A stretch of DNA of 30,560 bases from positions 1 through 30,560 of the forward strand of contig NIVC01001179.1 of NCBI GenBank assembly GCA_002269645.1, given 5' to 3'. A model generated the notes under the pieces. The model saw only the letters and a program-made list of their open reading frames with translations, ran no database searches and was not told the origin of the DNA. Shown here one piece after another: positions 22,503 to 30,560 of the stretch; position 1 is the stretch's first letter; each line of letters starts with the position of its first letter. Both the position numbers and the translations under genes were made by a program. This DNA comes from Macrostomum lignano. Lineage: Eukaryota.

Positions 22503-22865
22503 CCCTCTCCCCACCCACCCACCTCACTCCTGCACCCACCTCACTCTTGCACCCACCTCACTCCCACACCCACCTCACTCCTGCACCCACCTCACTCTTG
22601 CACCCACCTCACTCCCACACCCACCTCACTCCTGCACCCACCTCACTCTTGCACCCACCTCACTCCCACACCCACCTCACTCCTGCACCCACCTCACTCC
22701 CACACCCACCTCACTCCCACATCCACCTCACTCCTACACCCACCTCACTCCTACACCCGCCTCACTTCTACACCCATCCCACTCCTAAACCCACCCCACT
22801 CCTACACCCACCTCACTCCTACACCCACCTCACTCCTACACCCACCTCACTCCTATACCCATCCC
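22503..22865. repeat. 17-bp C-rich minisatellite (array 2) in intron 2
   Basis: Same unit as 19563-20228 (CACCCACCTCACTCC..), about 21 copies. Confidence 0.93.
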
Positions 22866-23024
22866 ACTATGGCTTCGATTCCGAAGACCGCACCTCAAGG
22901 CACAGAGTGTACATACCTGATGGTGAGAAAGTGTGAGCTTGTGCCTTCGTGTACGTGCTCAGAGGTCAACGGAATGGGCCTGACTAGTCAATCCCAATCC
23001 CTAATTTCTCCCACTATTTCTCAC

Positions 23025-23214
23025 CGGCCGTCAATCCTCGGTTTGAGCTCGAAGCGTTCAAACTTGAGTCGCACAATCTGATTGTCGGCAGCCACAAAAA
23101 CGTACAGGAGGCAGCTGACTGAGAGCGGATAGGCTCTGGGAAACATGGGCGATTTGAACTGGCCGAGGCTGCCCTCGCTGACCGCGGCTCCGGTGAACCT
23201 GAAGCACCTGCAGT
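23025..23214 (-). CDS. CUB gene exon 2 (first half of CUB1)
   Basis: Acceptor tttcag|AC at 23215/23214 and donor CG|gtgaga at 23025/23024. DCRCFRFTG..GQFKSPMFPRAYPLSVSCLLYVFVAADNQIVRLKFERFEL. Confidence 0.9.
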
Positions 23215-24858
23215 CTGAAATCATTTAATTGACCTAGCTTTATTCATTGCTGATGATGTATAAGAGGGACACCTGCTAGCTATTTATTAACTTAAACTCC
23301 CAATGAGATGACGTCACTGTATTTTATGTAACTTAAGAAAAATCCTATTTCTAAGAAACAACTAATATAATTTCTAAGAAAATCGAGTGCAAGCGCCCTT
23401 CAACTTCAGCTGTCTATAGTCACAAGCTTATGTCAGTTCTTATCAAACGTTTTCAATAAAAAACGATTAGCAAAGACCTGCTTCATCAGGAACTGTTGTG
23501 GTTAATTCTGGTATTCCTAGTACGGTCACAATAACAGCAATGCAGAAGGAATAATGCTGCCGCTTCCTTAAACTAAAAAACTCCGATTTCTGGAGACATC
23601 GACAAATAGCGTATTTTGTTGTCTATTCTTGTTTTTGTAGGGTCGAAATGACCAGTTACCTTTGTACCTTGTAAATGGTAAACAAATATGAAGTAACCCC
23701 ACAAGTTTGGCGTTGCGAATGCACTTTCACCTTGTGATCCCTTAGGGCCCATGCATGAGCTCTCTCGCAGTTCGAGCCGAGAGAACTTGTCGAGGCTGTA
23801 GGACTGAGTTTTTTTAAAGCCGATTTCGTGCTCAAACAGTCGGCGCGCCAATTACTTACGCCAGGCAGAGCAGATGGAGATTGAGAGGAACTGGAGGGGA
23901 GGGGAGAGTGAAGTGGCTTGGCGACAAGAGTGAGAAGCAGCTTGTCCAGCTTTATTTGTACAAAACTTCAATTCCATTTATTTCCGCTAAGTTTGAGCTT
24001 ATCGTGATGGAGCTGGGTAGAGACGGAGACAGAGCCGAGCCGAGAGCTAGAAAAAGTTCTCAGCACTTGTCCTCTCTGACGGAAGCTGGCCGTTATCAAA
24101 CACTGCTCAAGCGGTTGCCATCTGGACTGTCTGGGTCACGCGTGACAAAGCTCCCAGTGCGAAGACTGAGTTATCCCAAATATCCGAGTTCGTTCGAGAA
24201 ACCGAGAGTACACTATTCCTATCCATTAGTCTAATTTCTTATCCTAGTTTTTGTCATTCCTAATACATTGCTCGTATCCACTGCACCTGCTAGCGCTAAT
24301 TAGAGATGGCGAACCGAGGCTGGGTGTTAATGCATTGAGGCAAGCCGACTGCAAATATATAAAAACCGACTGCCATTGTGCTTTGCAACACCTGCCCGCC
24401 ATGCATCCTGTTGCTCGCTTCTGAAAGCAGAAAAAGGGTACTGGGACAGTGGAGACTTTGGAGCATGATTGGAAATCCGAGTCCTGCCTTCCTGTCTGGC
24501 TGTACTGCCTTGCTTCCTCAGAAATGATGTTTCTACAGCTTTCAGACTAAATTATCAGATTACCTGCTCGTTTCTGCAGTGCTGGTAATATTGCCTATAC
24601 TATAGCAGTGCCAGAATAAACCATAGCAGTTCCTGATAAAGCAGGCCTTAGCTAATCATTTTATGTTGAAATTTCTCAGAAACCGGATTTTTCTTTACCA
24701 AATTTGTCTATGGCAAAACCCTCATTTAAAGTAGAAGGTACATGTATAAGAAGGTCAAAACCAATTTTCGGAGAGCCAATGACAAGTCAAAACGGCCATT
24801 ATTACACCATGCAGTGACTACAGCGCAGATTTTTTCCAATTGATAAGAGCAGGCACAC

Positions 24859-25220
24859 AGGGGGCCGTAGCCCAGCGGTCTAGCGCAGGCTCTGGTGTGC
24901 CAGCGATCCAGGCTCGATTCCAAGTGCAGCCACATTAATTTGGGGCTGAATTGGAATCTCGGCTTGGCTCTGCTCGTGCAATTAACGGCCTTGAGAGCCA
25001 ACCCCCCCAAGGCGCAGTGAAGTGTACATGCCTAACGATAATATAAAGTTAGGGCCGCTGTACACTCCTGTGTGAGTGTGTGCCTGCGTACGTATCCGCG
25101 CGCTTGTATGCCTGCTCAGGGGAGTCGGCGGAATGGGCAGTAATGCCTCTCGCGGTTGTGTGCCTATGTCGCTTAAAGTGCGCCAGGGTGCACACAACCC
25201 CCCTGCCTCTAATAAAAAAA
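24859..25220 (+). mobile_element. tRNA-derived SINE, family 2 (full length, 14-bp TSD)
   Basis: A-box TAGCCCAGCGG, B-box-like GGCTCGATTCC (24911-24921) and A-rich tail AATAAAAAAAAA. TSD AAGAGCAGGCACAC at 24845-24858 and 25221-25234. Confidence 0.9.
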
Positions 25221-25368
25221 AAGAGCAGGCACACTGCTATGCTTTTATTCAACTAATTAAAAGTTTATGACTAAGTTATACGTCGTAGAGTCGCCCATTT
25301 TCTTATCTGATTGTCAATTCAACTGTTCCTCGCCGCGCTTAACCAATGTACATCATGTAACCCATGTA

Positions 25369-25497
25369 CGTCTGCTGGCTGACGCCGGCGCCCCGGACTC
25401 TGCCGGCGGTGCGGCCTTTGTTCGCGCCCAAGCTTCGAAGCGAGCCATCTGACGCTGCTTTTGCGAACTGACAGCGTACTCTGTTGTTGTTGTTGTT
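25369..25497 (+). mobile_element. 5'-truncated LINE 3' end (probably RTE-type) with a (TTG)n tail
   Basis: GC-rich ORF end LLADAGAPDSAGGAAFVRAQASKRAI*, a short 3' UTR, then TGTTGTTGTTGTTGT. TGTACATCAT occurs at 25347-25356 and 25497-25506 (possible TSD). Confidence 0.62.
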
Positions 25498-25562
25498 GTA
25501 CATCATACTCTCTGCCCAAGTTCACCCACCCCATCTCTCGTCCAATCAAATCAATCCAATCA

Positions 25563-25735
25563 AAGGTGTGTTAAATTGACCGGTGTGAAAGACTTGTCTA
25601 TGGTAAAACTGGTAAAACTATGGTAAATGATAAGACTCTGACAATAACCCTAACTCCAAACCCTGATCCTGCCCTGACCTGAATTGTCGGCAGTAAACTC
25701 CCAAGAGAAATTAGCTAGAAAATCGATGTTGCACC
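25563..25735 (-). mobile_element. Short putative relative of the telomere-like-repeat element at about 2080-3010
   Basis: Contains AACCCTAAC, and 25673-25685 is an exact reverse complement of 2668-2680. Its end (reverse complement GGTGCAACATCGA) resembles 2081-2094 GCGCAACTATCGA. Confidence 0.35.
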
Positions 25736-25982
25736 TGGTAACAAATTATTTTAATATTTCAGTCAGCGACCCCGAAGTGCTGGAAGGTCGCTCAGAAGCG
25801 GAGCGAGACAGAAAGAGGACGGAAAAAGAAGTTCATGTTTGCGGGATTGGGTCAGAGCCGGTTTTACTGCAGCCGCCTGTTTGGCGTCCTCAAAGCATGA
25901 TTTATGGCCCGTTGTTAGCTGTTGGGTCTGGCGGTCTGATACAAATAATTGGAGCGCTGAGTAATAATGCGATCTGCTAGTC

Positions 25983-26027
25983 AGGACAGACAGACAGACA
26001 GACAGGCAGAAAGACAGACAGACAGAA

Positions 26028-26064
<37 letters not shown>

Positions 26065-26095
26065 CACAGACACTAAGACAGACAGACAGACACTA

Positions 26096-26144
<49 letters not shown>

Positions 26145-26147
26145 CTA

Positions 26148-26210
<63 letters not shown>

Positions 26211-26223
26211 AAGACAGACACTA

Positions 26224-26268
<45 letters not shown>

Positions 26269-26281
26269 CACAGACAGACAC

Positions 26282-26320
<39 letters not shown>

Positions 26321-26321
26321 C

Positions 26322-26360
<39 letters not shown>

Positions 26361-26391
26361 CACAGACACTAAGACAGACAGACAGACACTA

Positions 26392-26440
<49 letters not shown>

Positions 26441-26443
26441 CTA

Positions 26444-26482
<39 letters not shown>

Positions 26483-26491
26483 AAGACACGC

Positions 26492-26536
<45 letters not shown>

Positions 26537-26539
26537 CTA

Positions 26540-26588
<49 letters not shown>

Positions 26589-26691
26589 CACAGACAGACA
26601 CACAGACAGACAGACAGACAGACAGACACTAAGACAGACAGACAGACACTAAGACAGACAGACAGACACTAAGACAGACAGACGGACACTA

Positions 26692-26723
<32 letters not shown>

Positions 26724-26764
26724 TGACTGACTGACTGACTGACTGACTGACTGACTGACTGACT

Positions 26765-26807
<43 letters not shown>

Positions 26808-26921
26808 TGACTGACTGACTGACTGACTGACTGACTGACTGACTGACTGACTGACTGACTGACTAACTGACTGACTGACTGACTGACTGACTGACTGACT
26901 GACCGACTGACTGACTGACTT
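25983..26921. repeat. Compound microsatellite (GACA)n then (GACT)n in intron 1
   Basis: GACA with recurrent CTAA/CACA variants to about 26720, then GACT to 26921. Confidence 0.97.
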
Positions 26922-27847
26922 CAATCTAACTTCCCATTTCCAGCCCGTGAACGATTGAGTACAAAAGCTCGCTGCTCAGTCCATGGCTAACTACATTTCC
27001 AAGCATTCAGACTGAGAGATCGGATCAGCTGTATGCCAGAGCTGAGCAGCTCAGGCATTAAGAATGCATTGCAGGGAGTGGTAGGTCGCAGAGAGCCGCC
27101 TTTCTCGGCAAAGCTGGCACCGGATTAGCGACTATGGAGGACAAATTCCCGTGACCCGCCAGCAGAAAGGATTCTGTCCCTTTTGCTTTCCTTTCTTCAA
27201 GAGTTCCCCAGCCTCAGGCTGAGTCCTTCCTCGGCCAGATGGATGTTCGCTTGGCGTGCAAAAAATGCCGCCAAGAATGAGCTCAGAATCGAATCTGATG
27301 ATGGCGAACTGACCAAGATAGATGGTTGCCCCTGACCAGAGCAGTATGCCAGGCAGATTGAACACTTGAAAAACTCAGTTTGCAGTTTTATAAAACATTC
27401 TTTTAACGGCGAAACAATTTCCATTACAAGTATCAGAGAGAAATAAAGAGATGGAGTATCGGGATGCTGCAGGATTACAGACTTAAGACGCAGAAGCCAG
27501 AATCCTCCGGCCCACGCTCATCTTGTCCGTCTCCCCTGATAGCGTGTGACAGGTGATAAATGAGGCCCGAGCCGCGGCAAAAATGCGAGATTAAATGGAG
27601 CGTAGGCTGGGAGTTTTATCCTCACTCGCTTCGGGCGGCAGCCGCTTGGGAATTGTTTCCGCGCTCGAGACTTGCCGAGCATTAAATGTAGAGTTTGACC
27701 TGTCTGAAATATGCACTGCCAGTCCCTGAGCTGCATAGCAGTGTCCACTTTTAATAGTCCGGGCCGCCACTCCAATTTCGCGTTCTTATAACAGAATAAA
27801 GTTTCTAGACTTTATTGTCACTCTGGCTATCGGCCTCAGATGCACCT

Positions 27848-28255
27848 GCCCACCGGTGCTTCACTGGCCTGCTGCCCTCCCCACCGGTGATTCACTGGCC
27901 TGCGGTCCCTCCTCCACCGGTGCTTCACTGGCCTGCGGTCCCTCCTCCACCGGTGATTCACTGGCCCTGCCCTCTCCACCGGTGCTTCACTGGCCTGCTG
28001 CCCTCCCCACCGGTGCTTCACTGGCCTGCTGCCCCTCTCCACCGGTGCTTCACTGGCCTGCTGCCCTCTCCACCGGTGCTTCACTGGCCTGCTGCCCTCC
28101 CCACCGGTGCTTCACTGGCCATCTGCCCCTCCCCACCGGTGCTTCACTGGCCATCTGCCCCTCCCCACCGGTGATCCACTGGCCTGCTGCCCCTCCCCAC
28201 CGGTGCTTCACTGGCCTACTGCCCCTCCCTACCGGTGCTTCACTGGCCTGCTGCC
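27848..28255. repeat. 31-33-bp minisatellite in intron 1
   Basis: Unit CCACCGGTGCTTCACTGGCCTGCTGCCCTCCC, about 13 copies. Confidence 0.92.
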
Positions 28256-29029
28256 TCCGTTCAGCCCTGCCGCACGCACGATCTGCACCTGGTCATCCCA
28301 CAATCGTTCTCTCAGCCTAACTATACAGTCTGCCTTTCATCAAATATTTTAGCTGGCGTGACTCAGCGACTCAGCCTACTGGTACAGATAAAATGCAGTT
28401 TTGGGAAATTTTGGGAGACTGCTCAGGGGGAATCTGGCTGGCTGATGGAGCTGTTGCAGTCAGATACCGGATACCTGTGAATGGATGAGGCAGCGGAGGG
28501 AACGGGGGGGCTGGGGCGCACTCCGTTTTGCGTGTTGACTTTTAATCCACTTACCGTGTAATTAAGCAGAAGGATCTGTAGCGGGCGGGGTTAGGCTATC
28601 AGTAGTTTTTTTCATTAAAGATGATGATCCATTTCATTTCTGTCGTGTCTGTTCGCTCAGACTGCAGCTCAGCTGCCTCCCCATTCCCCTAGGGGAGGAA
28701 GGGGAAATGTTTGCAGTAGGGGGGATTCCCAGATGGCGTTCAGGGCGCATGCGTGATTTGTGCCCCCGACCTCCGCAGTTGCTCTCTCGGAGCCGCTCTC
28801 TGTGATCTGCCCGGTTCTGGGCTAGAGGCCACTACGGCAAATAAAATTGCCGACTGGGGTGATTATCCCTGATCGATTTTCACCCCCTGTCATCTTTGCC
28901 GCTACGATGCAACCATGCACAAATCGATGCCTCTATTTTCACTCAGTCTTGGGTCATGAGTTATTTGCTCATGACCAACTGCTTTAGTTCAGGTAAGTGC
29001 GTTTCATTTGAGTTCACATACATGTGTTT

Positions 29030-29101
29030 ATGAGTGAACTCATCAGCAACTTGATTAGTGAAGTCATGAGTAACTTGATGAGTGAAGTCATGAGTAACTT
29101 G
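29030..29101. repeat. 24-bp mini-repeat interrupted by the SINE (resumes 29759-29800)
   Basis: GAGTGAAGTCATGAGTAACTTGAT units on both sides of the SINE. Confidence 0.65.
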
Positions 29102-29104
29102 TGA

Positions 29105-29758
29105 AGGGGGCCGCTAGCCTAGTGGTCTGTAGTAGCCTAGTGGTCTGTAGTAGCCTAGTGGCTCTGTAGTAGCCTAGTGGTCTGTAGTAGCCTATGGTGT
29201 AGTCTGTAGTAGCCTAGTGGTCTGTAGTAGCCTAGTGGTCTGTAGTAGCCTAGTGGTCTGTTGTAGTCTAGTGGTCTGTAGTAGCCCTAGTGGTCTGTAG
29301 TAGCCTAGTGGTCTGTAGTAGCCTAGTGGTCTGTAGTAGCCTAGTGGTCTGTAGTAGCCCTAGTGGTCTGTAGTAGCCTAGTGGTCTGTAGTAGCCTAGT
29401 GGTCTGTAGTAGCCTAGTGGCGGTCTGATGTGCCAGCGGCCCAGGCTCAATTCCAAGTGCAGTCACATTAATTTCGGGCTGAATTGGAATCTCGGCTTGG
29501 CTCTGCTCGTGCAATTAACGGCCTTGAGGGCCAACCCCCAAGGCACAGTGAAGTGTACATGCCTAACGATAAAGTTAGGGCAGCTGTACACTCCTGTGTG
29601 TGCCTGTGCGTATGACTGCGTACGTATCTGCCTGCTTAGGGGAGTCGGTGGAATGGGCAGCAATGCCTCTCGCCGGTTGTGTGACAACGTCGCTTAAAGT
29701 GCGCCAGGGTGCACACAGCCCCTCTGCTTTTTCTAACTAATCTAACTAAGACATCTAA
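29105..29758 (+). mobile_element. tRNA-derived SINE, family 2, with a tandemly amplified A-box
   Basis: Body 29420-29725 matches 24890-25205. The head holds about 17 copies of the 18-bp TAGCCTAGTGGTCTGTAG (29115-29420). CATGAGTAACTTG at 29089-29101 and 29759-29771 is a possible TSD. Confidence 0.88.
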
Positions 29759-29810
29759 CATGAGTAACTTGATGAGTGAAGTCATAGGCTCATGAGTGAA
29801 ATTCGCTCAC

Positions 29811-29888
29811 CTTTCTGCAGCGCATCAGCGACCGCAGTCTGGTCGCAAGCAGTGCCAGCAGCTGCAGCAGCAGGATCCAAGGCCGCAT
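29811..29888 (-). CDS. CUB gene exon 1 (signal peptide)
   Basis: ATG at 29888 (in-frame upstream ATG at 29942) gives MRPWILLLQLLALLAT, followed by the strong donor AAAG|gtgagc at 29811/29810. Phase 0 as assembled does not match exon 2 (phase 1). Confidence 0.6.
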
Positions 29889-30169
29889 TGAATGATTGGC
29901 TTTGAGTCGACGGTGTCGGCAGGACTCACTGGAGCTGTCCATGGCCGGCAGTGTGGGGGCGAGTGAGGGCGACACTATAGGGCGATGCTGTCTCCGAGCT
30001 GTGCCGTGGGGCCTCTGGGATTTGCAGATGTCGCATGCGGGATTTGAAAATGAACGATTGAGAGAAGAAGCCCTCTCCAGGCTTTGTGTGTGTGCGGGGC
30101 CGCGCCTCTTTTACTGGGGGGGGGGGGGGGCCTGGCCGGGCTTTCCTGATGGGTGGCCGATCAGGGAGT

Positions 30170-30330
30170 AGAACTGAGCAGATTGGGCCGGGAGAGAAAG
30201 GGGCCTGCCGCTGTGGCACCTCTCAGACCTTGATCAGCAGCCCGCGCAGTCAACTTCGGGTGCCAACTATCAGATATCTTGGCATTGGCAATTTGCTTAG
30301 CCAACCAATCAGAAGCCGCCCCCCCTCAAG
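30170..30330. promoter_or_regulatory. Candidate promoter of the CUB gene (CCAAT and GC boxes)
   Basis: AACCAATCAG (30303-30312), reverse CCAAT (GATTGG at 30181) and CCGCCC near 30317, about 300-430 bp upstream of the signal-peptide exon. Position only, no transcript evidence. Confidence 0.3.
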
Positions 30331-30560
30331 CTCATCGCCCTCAGACTCGCTTGCGACAGTTGGCCTCTATTTGAGTCGTATTGAATTTCTCAGTTTTAAT
30401 TTAAATTTTGTTTCAGCCTCAACCCCGGGCGCGGCCGCTTTGGGGCATGCCAGTTTATGCCGAAGAGGTTTTGTATCCGGGTGTGTTTTTTATTATTTTT
30501 CTTGCTTTTTTTATGATGCCCCCCCAGCAGCTGATGCTGAACCGCCCAGTGACAATAGCA

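Noticed and set aside
26950-27790. Additional CUB-gene exon or separate gene in intron 1
   Set aside because: No CUB-like or otherwise recognisable peptide and no phase-compatible splice pair identified.

Overview
Eukaryotic (metazoan) genomic DNA with GC-rich exons, AT-rich or repeat-filled introns and GT-AG splicing. The style is consistent with the flatworm Macrostomum, but that assignment is inference. Three genes can be rebuilt by hand. (1) The last two exons of a TECPR2-like tectonin beta-propeller gene (+, 477-1699) end in an acidic LIR motif (DGDWQLV*). The larger exon carries three apparent 1-nt deletions. (2) A complete two-exon 60S ribosomal protein L7a gene (+, 8453-9659, 269 aa). 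(3) A 10-exon, about 19.6-kb gene on the minus strand (29888-10281) encodes a signal peptide, five CUB domains and a GPI-signal-like tail, and resembles SOL-1 glutamate-receptor auxiliary proteins. The rest is a degenerate RTE-type LINE and a LINE 3' stub, two tRNA-derived SINE families (two copies each), hAT-type/MITE elements with TSDs (one nested), a telomere-like repeat element, and many micro- and minisatellites. There is no CRISPR array or prokaryotic system, and no wholly new system can be demonstrated from sequence alone. The best leads are the five-CUB GPI-type SOL-1-like protein, a SINE whose Pol III A-box has been amplified about 17-fold into a minisatellite, and twin 17-bp arrays next to two splice donors.
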